From assembly GCA_028534125.1 (NCBI GenBank), contig CM052837.1:36890001-36954000 (forward strand): DNA of 64,000 bases, given 5' to 3'. Each line of letters starts with the position of its first letter. Position 1 is the first letter of the stretch. Below are positions 37,856 to 50,668 of this stretch, in pieces. Source of the stretch: Lama glama. Its lineage: Eukaryota. The translations under genes and the position numbers were made by a program. Under the pieces are notes generated by a model. That model saw only the letters and a program-made list of their open reading frames with translations, had not been told where the DNA came from and did no database searches.

Positions 37856-39461
37856 GGTTTCTCTTTAATTTCAAGAATGACCAAAATGGTCTCTAGAAAG
37901 TTTAATCATCTCCAACACACCTTTCGTTTGGGGGCTGGCATCCCCGCGGTGATGGCAGCAACGGCCTCTTGTACCTGTGGCTGGAGGCCACTTTGCCTGG
38001 TGGTGCACGTGGGCCTCCGAGGGGGCGGGCGGAGCACCCACGCAGTCGGTCCCAGGTGCCCTTCTCCCCAGCATCTCTGGCGGTGTCAGCCAGTCCTGGA
38101 GGTGTCCCCTGCCCGGTGCAGTCAGTGAGACGCGAGCGCAGACTCGTGTGTGGGGTTCGTTGCAGGTGCCGCTGGGCGCTGGTGCTAGAAGTCGGTCCTT
38201 AGGGAGCTGCTGGCCCCTGGGTGAGTCCCGTGGAGGGGAGTGACGGTGTCTCAGAGCGCGGGGCTCTTCTTGGGCCGGCTGGCTCCTGTGCGGCCTCTGG
38301 TGGGAGCTTCCGCTCCTGGTGGGGGACTTGGTTCTCCCTCGCCGATTCCTGGCACAGGCCCGGTGGGGAGAAAGGCCGCTAGCACCTGGGTTGGGAGGAG
38401 CCTGTTTGCCGAGATGACCCAGGTTGGGCAGGTTCACAGACAGGTCAGGGGTCCGCCTCTGGCCGCTGGGGCTGTCAGTCGCGCCCCTGCTAACCTTGAG
38501 TGTTTGTTGCTAAGTGTCTGGGCCACCAGCTGTTCTCTCCACTCAGCAGTCACTTTCTGCTTCTGCTCAGAGTGCGAGCTCAGTGTTTTCCGGGGGGGAG
38601 CGCTTTGGGCCGTGTTTTCTTCCCCAGGTGGTTCCTGTAATTCAGTCACAGTAGAACCGCCGTGGCCCCTGTGGACCGTCCAGGCCCTCGACCGGCCCTT
38701 CTGACCCTGTGAGGGTGCGGGCCCTCTCCTTACCCCCGAAGTCATGAGTGTAGAGTGTATCTCCATAGTCATCCCCAGACGTGACCTCTCTTGAGAACCG
38801 TTTTCTCTGAGGTTTGGGGCTAAAAGTAAGGTAGCCAGGAGGGGGTTTTCGTCTTCAAGTAGTTAATACAGCAGAAGCTGTAAGGAAAGCACTAGGGAAG
38901 CGGAGCTAAAGCTGCGTTTCTTGAAAAGCACTGGGCAGTTCGGCATGTTCCTGATCACCGTCACTGTCAGGCCCCGTCAGGTCCCTTACGTGCGTGATTA
39001 GCATGAGACGGGGTGAGAGGAACGGGGGTCCCGAGCGCGGGTGCGCCCGTAAAGTCGGGCGGCTGCGCGCGGTGCGCCACGGGCGTGGAGCGTTGCTGCG
39101 CGCTGGTGGAAGTGTCAGTGCTCTATTCACCAGCTCAACCGGTGAGTGGCTTAGACGAGCCAGCGCTGCGAGCCAGTGGGGACTGGGTGACGGTGCAACG
39201 CAGAGGATTCAGAGGTCCTCTCGGGTTCTTTACCTTCGTTTCCCCAAGGGCTGGAAGCCTCCGGAGGAGGCTTTGCCGGCTTCGCTGCTCCACCTTGTTG
39301 CAGCCGTGTTTCCAGCAGGCGAGCTGCAGTGGCTGTTAGGAGGTAGTGCCCGTTAAGTGTGTTGGTTTTTCTGTGTCGTCTCGTTTTTGTCTGTTACGAT
39401 GCAGTGTTTTGCAGGGATAGTTGTTTCTTCTTTTTGCGCTTTCTTGTGAAAAGTGCCGTGA

Positions 39462-39467
39462 AATAAA
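39462..39467 (+). terminator. GID8 second poly(A) signal AATAAA
   Basis: Hexamer followed by GU/U-rich sequence (tgtgagaatgttctggttctctgtgtt). Confidence 0.55.
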
Positions 39468-40381
39468 ATGTGAGAATGTTCTGGTTCTCTGTGTTCCTGA
39501 TACCACGAAGCCATGTGAGGAAACTGCACCCCTAGTTTGGAATCTTCTGAAGCACAGGGGTTATTGCAGGCTAACGTGTCTTGCGAAGGTTTCCAGGTTC
39601 TAGAAGAGGCAGCTGTCTGCTGGGACTGGTGTTGGCGGGACCCGGACCCTGTGCGCCCAGGTACGCGGGGCTGGCGCTGCTGCGGCCCAGGCACGCTCTG
39701 AAGACAGACGTGTGGAGGGCGGCTCTTCTGACGCTGTGCGATGTCCGTGTTCTCCTGCTGCCTTTGCTGTTAGTCTGGGGGAGAGGCAGAGCCGGGGGCT
39801 CAGAGAGAACCGTGTTCCTTTTATGTCAGAGACCGTGCCGTCCGTCCTCAGATGATGGAGGGCCTCCCTTCCGGGTTGCTGTTGCCAAGCCTCAGTCTGA
39901 GCAAAAGACCAGATCAGAAGCCCCGGTAAACGCAGGGTGTCTGCTGTCCCGCCGACCCAAGACGCTGAGCCGTGGCCGCGGGACGCCCCGTGGGGGCTGC
40001 AGCCGTGGGCCAGGTGCGTGTCGTCGGGGCCTGGAGCAGGGCGCTCTGGCGCCTTCAGTCTGACGCTGTGGGCACTGTTTCCTGCCGCGGGGGTGCTTTT
40101 GTTCCAGAGGCATGTGTTGCTGCTTTGGGTTTATGGGCAGTTGCCTGGTGAGCGCTGGCCGCGTGGGGCCGGGTGTGAGCGCGGCCCCTCTGGAGCGCCA
40201 GCGCCTGTGGCCTGTCCTTCCGCTCGGCTCCCGCGGGGCGAGCTGCAGCCCCGCGTCATCTGGGGATGCAGAACAGGTTGCTTTCGCTGCCTGTTCTTGA
40301 TTTCCTGGTAAAGGTTTTCATGTTTTTTCTTGGAGTGGTCATGTGAACGCTCTTTTTTTCCCTTCCCAAAAAGTTACTCCA

Positions 40382-40387
40382 ATTAAA
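40382..40387 (+). terminator. GID8 distal poly(A) signal ATTAAA
   Basis: Variant hexamer after a U-rich stretch, ~3.2 kb from the stop. Confidence 0.45.
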
Positions 40388-43300
40388 GAACAGAATTCAG
40401 CACCGTGCTAGCACATTCCTGTCAGAAGCGGGCGGGCAGGCGGGAGCCCTGCTCAGGTACCTCTGTGCTCTGCTGTTGCCCCGCCCCCCTCTGAAATCGC
40501 CCTCTGCCCTTGGGAGGTGCGCACGCAGGTGTCACGCTTGTGAAGGAAACAGAGCGAGTTGGGCTGCCCGCCCACGGCTGTAAGCTGGGTTGGAATATCC
40601 TAATTGTTTTTCACTTATGAAAATCTCCCAACCTTCAGAGTCGAGGAGCTGCTACTCTGAGGAACCCCCGGACTCCCACCATGGTGCTCGTGCGGGTCCA
40701 GCTGGGGAAGGGGTTCTTGAGCTCTCGGCCGTGAGCGCCTTCACTGTGGAAGGGGGTGCAGGCCCTGGGCAGAGGCTGAGAGGATGGGGGGACAGAAGTG
40801 AGGGTGCCTCACGCCGGGAGAGCGCAGGAAGGAGTGTGGGTGCCGCTGGTGTGGGAAACAGAAGGCGGCCCCTCCTTCGCTGTCCCGCCGCTCTCCTCTC
40901 TCCTTGCAGGCTGGCAAGGGGACCTTGGTGACGTCCCTGAGCTGAGTGGGGCGGTGGGACCGTGCGGGAGTGCTTGGCTTCACTGAGGTGTCCGGCACAT
41001 GGGGCCTGCCTGTCCGGGAGGTTGTGCCTTCCCCCTGAGAGGACTGTGGGGCTGGCCTGGACCCTTGGCATCCCTTGCTGTGCCGGCGCCTCTGTGTCCC
41101 CAGTGCTGCGGCAGCAGGGCCTCCTGAGCTGCCTGCCTCCGCAGGGTGCCGCTGGGGGCTGGGCGGGTCAGTTGTCAGGGCGGAGGTTTCCTCGTGGCGG
41201 GGGCTGTGGAGCCAAATAGGAATGTGGGGCTTGGGCTCATCTGCGGTTTAGTCTCCTAGCTGGAAGGCCGGGCGTCTGGGTCCTGTCCGCCGCGGCACCG
41301 AGGAAGGTGTGTCCGGCCCCTTCATACCCAGCCTTCACCAAGAGTTAGCAGAGAGCCGAGAGCGGGCCTGAGGGGCTTTGTCCACGCGCACCTCCGAGTG
41401 GCCGGCATTCCTGCTGCACGGCCCGCCCTGCCGGCTGTGCACACAGCAGCAGGCTCGGCGCAGCACCTGTGAGACCCCGACGCGCGCTTGGAGCCTGGGG
41501 AGGAAGACGTCAGGCAAGGATGCCGCCGTGCCCAGACCGCGCCCGGCTGCCCCGCGGGAGCCGAGCCACCGGAGAGGAGAGACGGACACGGCCTCCCCCG
41601 GCTGGAGCTTCCCGCTCTGCAGACTCGGCAGCAGGCTTGTGCCGCGAGGTTTTCTCTCCTCCAAACCGAGCTCTTCCGGCCGCGGAGACTTCATCAGCTG
41701 CTGCTGGAATGTGTGCAAGCCCGGCCATCACCGAGGGCCCCACACCCGGGCTGGGGCGTCGGCTGGCCGCACGGAAGACCGCTGACCTTGCTGCCCAGGG
41801 GAGGGGCCGGCCTCGTGGGACTGGCGAGTCCTTAGTCTCCGGGTGTCCGGTTGTATTCTTGGTATAAGGCAGAAAGGGTGAGCAGCGACGTTTGTGGGGT
41901 TCAGACACTGAGCTCACCGGCACTTTGAGAAGGAGCCGTTCAGGGCCCTGAGGTTCCACATGTAGCCCTGCACTGTGCTCACGCCGCTCGGTGTCACAGC
42001 TTCCTTCTTCTGGTTCCCTGTGTCCTTGTCCTTGTCCTCTGCCACTTGAAGTGTGAGCCCACCTCTCCCTGGCCGCGGCGTGCGCTGTTGCTGGGACTAA
42101 GACCGCTCCCGGCCTGCCAGCAGCAGCGGGGAGCTGTGGTGGGCCATCCCACTCGCAGAGTCTCCAGCTTTAGGGGCTGCGCAGAGGCCAGAGGTGGCGT
42201 GGGTGCCGGAGGACACAGCTGTGATCCGGCGGGTCTGCGCTGCACAGTGGGGGTGGCTCTGGCGGCTGCGGACCGTGAGGTCATGACGTGGCAGGGAGGC
42301 CAGAATTAGCTTTAAAAAGCCATCCCAGCAGGTCTCTGTACAGCAGCCCCAGAAGTGGAACAGATGGTGGTAGACGGGCTGGATAGGGCGGAACCAAGGC
42401 TTCGAAGGCAGTGGGCGAGGCTGGCAGCTGTCACCAGCATCACCCTCTGCCTCTTGAAAGTGGTTCTCTGTCCACCGCCCCGTTGTTTTCCCTCGAAGCT
42501 CAAGGGCAGCTGGTTGGTTGGGCGTGAGGTGGGGGCTCTGGATGTGTCACGCGGTTCAGCTGCTCTGGCTGCCACCCTCACCTTCCGCCTTCATGAGGAC
42601 GGGAGGCCTGCCCAGCTCGATGTCTCGGGACGGTGGCAGATGCTCGCCCTCCCATTGGTCTCCTCACACAGCCCGTGCTCTGGCACTTCTCTGCCCCACT
42701 TCTACCTGGAGGGAGTGCCCCTCACCTTGAGCCCAGACTGTTTCAGGGGCCTTGTCCTCCCTGCCTCTACCCTGGCCACCCTGCACTGACAACTCAGCAG
42801 CCAGGGTGACCCTGTGACCCTCTGCACGCTTCCACCTCTGAGCCCTGGCTGGCCTCTGCCTGCTCTCTGCGGCCGGTCGGGCCTCCCCTGCTGCTTTGTC
42901 CCGTTTCCCACTTCCCCACAGCCCCACTGGGCCTGTGGTCTGGAGCAGGCCTCCAGCCCCCACCTGTGTGGCCTGCTCCCTCCCTGCGCTCAGACTTGAC
43001 TCACACATCTTTTCAGGAACACGGCCCAGCCCATCCTGTTGCAGAAACCACCCTTCCCTGCCTCTTCGTTTCCTTTTTGTTTTGTTCATGTGCCCCAGAA
43101 CATCAGCTCCAGGAGGAGCGGGACTTCGGGTGGTCAACTGACAGATTTCCACTAAAGTGTGGTTCTAGGTCTTCATAAAAAATCATCAAAGAGCCTCGTG
43201 CAGCGAGTGAGTGAGAGTGAACTGCCGGGAAGAGAATGGGATACAGGTGGCAGCACTGAGTTGAGCAACAATTCTCTAGCTTTTCTTAGTTGGGGTCTGT

Positions 43301-43879
43301 TTGGGAGGGGATAAACGTCTCTACCACCATCCTCCTGTCCCATTGGACGTCCATGTGGATGGTAGAATGACAGCTTGACAAGCAAGCGTGGAGCTCGGCC
43401 CATGGAGCCCTGGGAAGGCCCTGAGGTGGACATGGCTGCCGAGGCTTCAAGGTCACGTGGAGACCCAGAGAGTGAAGGTCCCTCAGGCCCCTTCAGCTTT
43501 CCCAGGCTGGTCCCAGGTCCAAGGCTGGAGCCCACCTTCAAAGATCTGTTTAGAAAGGGGTTGCCCTTGAGTCTTGCTGCCCCTGCCCCCCATGAGACTG
43601 CCTCTGACTCATGTGGGGAGCACACAGCCCCGTGAGGTGAGGACTACCATCATCGCCCGATTTGTGGATAGGGACACGCAGGCCCCTTCCCCCTGCAGGC
43701 CCCTTGCACACCCAGTGCCCGGATCACCACCGGGCTCAGACCCTCCAAAGCCCCACCTTGCCTGCGGGCTGCAGGGGAAGCCCCCGCGGTTTCCGGATGT
43801 CTGCACTGGGCACGTCCTTGGAGCAGCTGAGGCGGCCCCAGAGGCGGCCCAGGTCGTGAGGATCTGACCTGCCCTGCCC

Positions 43880-44300
43880 CCAGGCGCGTCAGGACCGGCC
43901 TCCCCGACAGAGGTTAGAAGGGCGGTTAGAAGGGCGGGGACCCGAGTTGCTTGCCCCGCCCCGCCTGCCCGCCCGCCCGCCGCGGTGGCCGTCCGGGGGC
44001 GACACATCCTGGGCGCGCGCGGACGGAAGCGCCGCTGGGACTGACACGTGGACTTGGGCGGCGCTGCCCGGTGGGTCGGCCGAGCAGGAGCGGACTCCGG
44101 ACACACTGCCCCCGTGGCCGTCGGTGCCCAATGCAGCCGCCCCCGGACGAGACCCGCAGGGACGCGGCCGAGGACGTCCAGTGGTCCAGGTGGGGCCGCG
44201 CGGGACGGGAGCACAGTCGGGAGGGAGCGATGCGTCCTGTGGCGGAGACAGCTCCCTGCCGCCTGCCCCGCCACCTTTACTTCGCTGGGTGCACTCACCC
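43880..44300. promoter_or_regulatory. SLC17A9 CpG-island promoter
   Basis: CpG-rich, GC boxes (CCCCGCCCCGCC ~43953), ETS CGGAAG ~44024, immediately upstream of ATG 44131. Confidence 0.8.
44131..44189 (+). CDS. SLC17A9: SLC17A9 (VNUT, vesicular nucleotide transporter) exon 1 CDS
   Basis: MQPPPDETRRDAAEDVQWS(R); donor CAG|GTGGGG; 59 nt. Confidence 0.93.
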
Positions 44301-46382
44301 CTGCGGGCAGCCTCTGCCCGCCCACTGGCTGGCGTAGAGACCTGGGACCCTCCTCCCTTCCATCCAGTCCCAGGGCTCCCTGCGCTCTCTCCGGGCAGGC
44401 GAGCTGGGGTCCTGGGGGTGGTGAGGTGGAGCTGCGTCCTGGGAGGCCCGCCTGGTGGGGCCTCTTCTGGGCAGCAAGGAGGGACTGCTCACAGGCATGG
44501 CCTCCTGGGCTGGAAGTGACCCTGCTGGATGGGAAAACACACTTGCAGGCCTGAGCCCCCACCTGTGACCACCCACCCGAGGGCAACCTGTAGCGGGACA
44601 GGCAGACCTTAGGCTGGTTGGGGGGCACACACGAACCTGCAGCAGATGGCTGAGCCCTGGCACTGCGTGATGGGAACCAGGTCCCCACGGAGGGGGCTCA
44701 GTGATGGGGGAGGAACAGCCCAGGGAGGTCACCGTGCTGTCCCGGGTTGTTGTTCCACCATCTGCTGCGCCTGCAGAAGGCCCTGGGACAGCGGCTCTGC
44801 TCAGGAATGGGACCAGTCGAGCCCCCAGACCACCTGGGCCTCTGCACTCCCTCGGGTTCTGTGGGCTGAGGGCCCCGCCAAGCCAGCCGGACCCCAGGCC
44901 CAAAGTCAGGCCCTGTGATTCCGGGGCTAGTCCACCTCCAGCTCCGAGTCCCCGGGGAGCCTGCACTCGGGGCCTGCCCTGCCTCCAGCACAAGGGACAG
45001 GCCCTGAGTCTGGGTCCGAGATGAAGGCAGAGCTAGAAGGGAGGGCGGAGAGAGGCTGCCCTGCACCACAGAAACTCCGGCGGGGTGGGCAAGGAGGAGA
45101 GCCCCAGAGCCCCAGAGCCAGCATCACAGCCGGCATCCCCACACGCTAGGTGTGCCCGGACCAGGGAGCGCCCGCGGCTGCCTGCTCTGCCTCGCTCCAC
45201 ACCCTGCCGGCTCTAAAGGCGAGGCCCAGGTGGGCAGGCCGGCTTTGCAGCCTGCTGGGCGGAGGGTTGTGGCCTCTGGGAGGCTCTGCAAACTTCCCTC
45301 TCAGGCTGTGCTTCAGTGGGTCCACCTGGCTTTCCCTGGACTTCCTTCCACACCCAGTTTCGAGAGGAGCACCTGCGGGCGAGGCGGCCGGGTCATGGGG
45401 GGGCCTGCAGGGCCCTGGGTGGCGTGGGGCTCCGTGGGAAGAGGTTGTCCAGCCCCCGAGTGGCCAGTGGTCGTGAGGACCATAAGGAGGGATGCCGTGT
45501 GTGGCCACCGACCCCGCGGCCTCCATGTGGACGACCCCGGAGGCTCGGCCTCCAGCAGCTGTGGGCCTGCGCGTTCTCTCTGGCTATTGCCGTCCGCCCT
45601 CTGTGCAGGCTCAGTTCCCTTTTCTGAATCGAGGGGCCATGTGACCACGAGTTTGCCCAGCCGTGGATGCTTCTCATGCACAAGGGCCATTTTCAGGAAG
45701 CAGGAGTTTCCAGAAGGTTCTTAGGAAGCATCCAGAATAGCTGGGGGCAGAGGCTTAGGGCTGGGCAAGTGGGCGGGGTGAGACCCTCCAGGCCCCTGGT
45801 GTCTGTCCTGCCGGAACCTCTGTGTCCTAAGCAGCCGCCTGCAGGTCCGGGACTCTGCGTCTGCGTCCCCATCAGCCTCCCAGCAGCTGGGGGCCTGGGC
45901 AGCCCCCTCCGGCCACACTTGCCTGTTCTGTGTCCCCTGTGGCTGTGGAGGACGTCCCTTTGCCCGCCTGCTAGCACTGCCCGTCAACTCAGGGACAGCA
46001 CCGCGGGGGCCTCCAGGGCCCAGGGAGGAGGCAGCCAGCACCTGGCCCCTCGCAGCATCCCAAGGAGCTCCCTTAGCCAGTACCTTCAGCTCAGAGCGGA
46101 CTGGTTGCCTGTAAGCCGTGGGCCTTTCTTGACCTCCCGTGCCCCCATGGAGGCCGGGGGGCCACGCTGTGTCTGGCACCCAGCCAACCTTCCAGAGCGG
46201 GTCAGCCTCAGCTGGCCTCCCCCTACTTCTCAGTGGACACCCCACCCAGAGAGCAAACAGAGCCAGGCCCTCAGGGGCGCTGGCAAGGCGCACCCAAGGG
46301 AGGGCAGGTGTGCTGGGGCACGGTCCGGCCCGCACACTGGTGACACTTCCGGGCTTTGAGCCCATAGAGGAATAAAGCTGCC

Positions 46383-46560
46383 TTTTATTGATTGATTAAT
46401 TGGTTGGTTTAATTGAGTGAAAGATCTTTACTGCTATAGAGCTTTGCAACTTTCAGAAGCCGCAGGCACACGGTTTTGTGTAATCCCCTAATTACCTTTT
46501 GACCTCCTCCCCCAGCTCCCCGCCTGCTGGGAACCACTCTTTTGTCTCTAAATGTGTCGA
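46383..46560 (-). mobile_element. Antisense L1 3' end fragment
   Basis: T-rich tail then CCCCGCCTGCTGGGAACCACTCTTTTGTCTCTAAATGTGTCGAG, resembling an L1 3'UTR read antisense. Confidence 0.55.
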
Positions 46561-49173
46561 GCATGTAAAGCTCCCTCCTGAGGGCACTGTCAGACCAGGG
46601 TGTCGGGGTGGCGGTGTGTGACAGCGTTACCCCAGCCCCTGCTGCTCCCCTGGCGCCCCAGGCAGCACAGACCTAGCTGTGCCCGTGTGTCTGCAGAGGG
46701 CTCCCCGGCCGGCCCGTGTGGTGACCGCTCCTCTGCCAGCCCACTCCAGGGGCCCAGGTGGCCGGCTGGACGGATTTTGCTGGGCAGTTTGGACTGTGCC
46801 GCCTCAGTAGGCCCAGTGGGATGGTCTGCTCAGTGGAAGAGTGTCCCCGCGAGGCCTGCAGCTCTTGGCCGGGGATCCAGGGGCAGGAGGGTGGGCTGGG
46901 GGCATCCCCACGGTCAGAACTCTGCAGGGGCCAGGTTCCCGAGCCCGTAGCGGCCTCAGCCTAGGGGTCCCCTGTCACGAACACAGGCTCAGGCACTGAG
47001 CAGGCGCCACTCGGGGGCTGTCCTCCCCACCCCCACCTCACAGTCTGATTCTGAAAAGAAAACTAGCGTTCAGGGCCGCCAGGCCCCAGGAGGACCGGTG
47101 AGCTGGCCGTGGGGCTCCACTCCCTCCGCTTGGCCGCTCAGGCGGGGGTGGGGGGTGGGGCCACTGAGACCTGTCCCGTCTGCTGCCCGGCTGCTGGTCC
47201 CAACGTCTTGGCTTCTGAGTCATTCCAGTAGCATTTTAAGAAGCAGGAAGTAGGGTGCAGGCATGACGACGGGTCCCTCCGCTGGCCACTGAGGGGTCCC
47301 TGGGCATTTTCCAAGTGGAGCGCCCTCCCCCAGCTTCAGCCAAGCTTGCTCGAGTGGCCAGCTCCTGGAATTGCAGAACTCAGGGTCTGCTTCTAGCACT
47401 GGACCCTGTTTCCCGTCGGAAGTTCCAGTATAAAAACCAAATACAGAGGGGTGCCCTGGAGCCCCACCCCGGCACCCCTCTGAACACCCAGAGACGCAGC
47501 CCGAGGTCTGTGGTCAGTACAGCCTCTTCACCGGCTCACAGGGGCAGTGGTGCCCAGGGAAGGGACGGGGCTCCCCCGAGTCATGCAAGGGCCCACACCA
47601 GCACCCAAGCCCCTTCCCTGGGAAGAGTCGGTCAATGCGTGAGACGCGCACTTCATCAAGTTGCCTGGACTGTCGTTCCTGAACTCCGAGCCAGGCACCG
47701 GCCTGCCAACACAGATCTGTTCTCATCCGCCCCCAAACCCACAAGTGATGGTCTCAGCTGTCTCTGCCAGTGGGATTGCTGGGTCCCGCACCTCCTTGGG
47801 GGTGCAGCCCCGGGACACCCCCGCGAGGGCCTCTGCAGCCTGAGACAAGGGGCAAGCTATATCCTCCTCGCCTCGCTCCCCCGACTGTGGAAAAGTACTC
47901 TGTGGTTTGCAAGGGGGGAGCGGATCGTGCGGAGGTGCTGGCCAGAGCACAGGCCAGTCACAACGGCTCCCTGTTGGGCACCAGGCACCAGCAGGTCATC
48001 TTGCTGTTTGTTGATCATGAAGCAGGCAGGTGTCAGGGCCACAAGCCTTTCTTCACTGAGGAAACTGAAGCTCGGGGAGGCCGGGTGACTCATCCCGTGT
48101 GCCCCCGGCATGGCTGGCCTTGTGGCTGCAGCTGCCCCAGGGTGACAGTGGCCATGACGAGGTCTAGGGCAGCAGCACCTTCCCCAGCACGTCCAGCCAG
48201 CGCCAGGCCTCGGTGGTCCATGCTGCGGGAGGAGGGTGCTGGGCGACGGGCTCACTGCTGGCACCCTGGTCTTGCCCTGGCGATAATGGACACTTGTTGT
48301 GGCACCCACTTACCAGGTTCCTGACCAGCGTGCCTCCTGCTGGCTCTGGCCCAGCTGGCAGAATCTTCAGGCTTGAAGTTGCCCTCAGGGCTTCCAAGGT
48401 CTCGCCCCTGGAAGGCATCCAGACGAGGGCTCCAGCCCTGCCAGGGGTGGTCCTGGCCTCCCCCTGAACTGTCCCCGCCAAGTCGGCCTCGCAGCCTGAG
48501 CCTGGAGGGGTCTGGCCGGTGGGAAATTCGCCCCTGAGTCTGCAGATGGTGTCCAATCTTCCACCGCCCTTGGCCCCACTCACTGTTCTCTGACAGCCAG
48601 GGGAGTCCCCCACCACATCCAGGCAGGGGTGCGAAGGGGGTTTGGGGAGCAAGGGTGAAACTCCAGTGTCCTGGCTCGTCCTCTGGGTGAGACATGCCCT
48701 TCCCTGCTCTGTTCTGAGAACTGCCCACGAGGCTCCAGCCGGCCGCACCTCCTAGACACCTGCCTGGTGACCTCCCGGAGGCTCTGTGGCCCTAACACCT
48801 CTGCCCCCTTCGGCTAGGCGTCAGGGCCCCCAGGCTCAGAGCCCCTGACCCCGCAGCCTGAGCTTCCTCCCTTTGTGCATTTCACCCCCCACCTGCTCGG
48901 GGAGAACCCCCGCCCCAGCCAGGCAGGTGAGCCCAGGTGCCTGCGGGACTCCCGAGACCCCCGCTGAGGCTGCTTCAAGGGCTCTCCACTCTCCTGGCCC
49001 ACTGCCCTCCGGTCGTGGCCCCCCCAGGGGATGTCCCCGCCCTGCACAAAGACCTGGCAAGACACCAGTGTGCCCCACCCCCAGGCCATCCCCCACTGGT
49101 GCCCACCTCATCCCCCCTGCCCCCAAAAAGGCAGTGAGGCTCCTCTCTCATTAAAACAAAGCCAAATACATCT

Positions 49174-49270
49174 GGGTAGAGGGCACAGCTCGGTGGGAGT
49201 GCACATGCCGAGCACGTGCGAGGCCCTGGCTTCAAGGCCCAGCACCTCCACTGAAAGAAAAGGAAAGAGA
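49174..49270 (+). mobile_element. tRNA-derived SINE, Vic-1 (camelid) type
   Basis: GGGTAGAGGGCACAGCTCGGTGGGAGTGCACATGCCGAGCACGTGCGAGGCCCTGGCTTCAAGGCCCAGCACCTCCA plus A-rich tail; degenerate Pol III A box (CAGCTCGGTGG) and B box (GGCTTCAAGGCC); matches the recalled Vic-1 consensus. Confidence 0.75.
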
Positions 49271-49288
49271 ACACACACACACACACAC
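49271..49288. repeat. (AC)9 microsatellite at the SINE tail
   Basis: Read directly from the sequence. Confidence 0.9.
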
Positions 49289-50034
49289 CCTCCAGAACTT
49301 TCTTTCAGAGCAGCTCAGCTTCACACAGTTCCATCCGCGCCACACCGGGCTCCCCCGTTCCCGCCGCAGGCTAGGGCCCCTGTCGCCGAGCGGGACCCGG
49401 CCCGTGAGGCACGGCTGACCAGAGCGGGGCTTTGCTCCGATCTCGGCAGTTTCACCTGGTGCCGGGACCCCAGCCAGGACCCCACAGGCACGGAGTCGGA
49501 CGGCGCCCGGACTCCTCCCGTTTCTGGCGGTTCCTGGCTCTCCTTGGTTTAGGGACTGACTGCAGAGTGTTGCTGGCCAGGAATTCTGTGCACTGTCCCC
49601 ATGTGGACGTTTGTCTGGCCGACTGCCCCCCAGACATGGTGTTGGGTTGCCCGCCGCTCAGCACAGCCTGCCTCAGGGGCAGGGGCCCAGGGTGCTGCCC
49701 CCACCGCTGCCGCGGGACCCCCTCCCCGCCATCTGCCTCAGCAGGGGTCCTCCTGCCTGGCCCTCCGCCCCCCGGATGGGTGACTAGCTGCCAGCTTCTG
49801 CCTGGCTGCCTTCTAGGCCCTGGGTCCTGGGGAGCAGCGCCCCGACCGCCTTCGCCCCATCCGTGTTCCCACCTCCGCTGTCTGAGGGACAGCGGGTGTC
49901 GTTCCTAGGGCCTGCCGCGTTCTCCTGGGAGTCAAGAGGCACGGTCTGAGAGGTGTCCAAGCTGCTTCCTTCCGACGCTGGTGGAGAAGGTCTCCACCCC
50001 TCCCAGGCCTGACGGAGCCCCTTCTCTCCTGCAG

Positions 50035-50232
50035 GCCCGAGTGCCAGCTGTGGACGGGGACCCTGCTGCTGGGCACGTGCCTGCTGTACTGCGCCCGCGT
50101 CAGCATGCCCATCTGCGCTGTCTCCATGAGCCAGGACTTCGGCTGGAACAAGAAGGAGGCTGGCCTCGTGCTCAGCAGCTTCTTTTGGGGCTACTGCCTG
50201 ACCCAGGTGGTGGGCGGCCACCTGGGGGACCG
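50035..50232 (+). CDS. SLC17A9: SLC17A9 exon 2
   Basis: PECQLWTGTLLLGTCLLYCARVSMPICAVSMSQDFGWNKKEAGLVLSSFFWGYCLTQVVGGHLGDR (SLC17/MFS signature); 198 nt. Confidence 0.96.
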
Positions 50233-50668
50233 GTAACCCCCTCCCCTGCTCCCTGTGCTGGGCTGGGGCTGCTCTTGGGGGAGGGGGCTGTGCTGCTACA
50301 GCGAGGAGGTGGCTCCTCGGAGTTGCGTGTACGGTGGGGAGGTGGCTCCTCGGAGATGAATGTGAGGAGAGGCCCCATACACAGGAAGCCGAGAGCAGAG
50401 ACCCGAGGTCCACACGGGGGCTGGGCCAGGGCCGCACGCAGCTGTCTTAGGGTGCTTGACGCCCTGGGGAGCACCGGCTCCCAGTGAGGCAGACGGACCC
50501 GGCTGGACCCTGCTCGCTCATCCTCGGCCGCCTCTGCAGAAGGGAAGTGGCGGAGGCTCAACCCAGAGGGCTGCCCCAGGCGAGGGGTGGTGCAGGCCCC
50601 CTCCCGCTCCTCCCTGGCAGGGCCTCCTGGCCTCCTGGCCCCCATGGCTGACCTCCTGTTTCCTGCAG

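Noticed and set aside
49174-49250. Possible tRNA gene
   Set aside because: Degenerate A/B boxes and an A-rich tail indicate a SINE, not an intact cloverleaf.
44190-50034. Alternative SLC17A9 first exon (shorter human N-terminal isoform)
   Set aside because: I could not find a convincing ATG-plus-donor match to the recalled human sequence.
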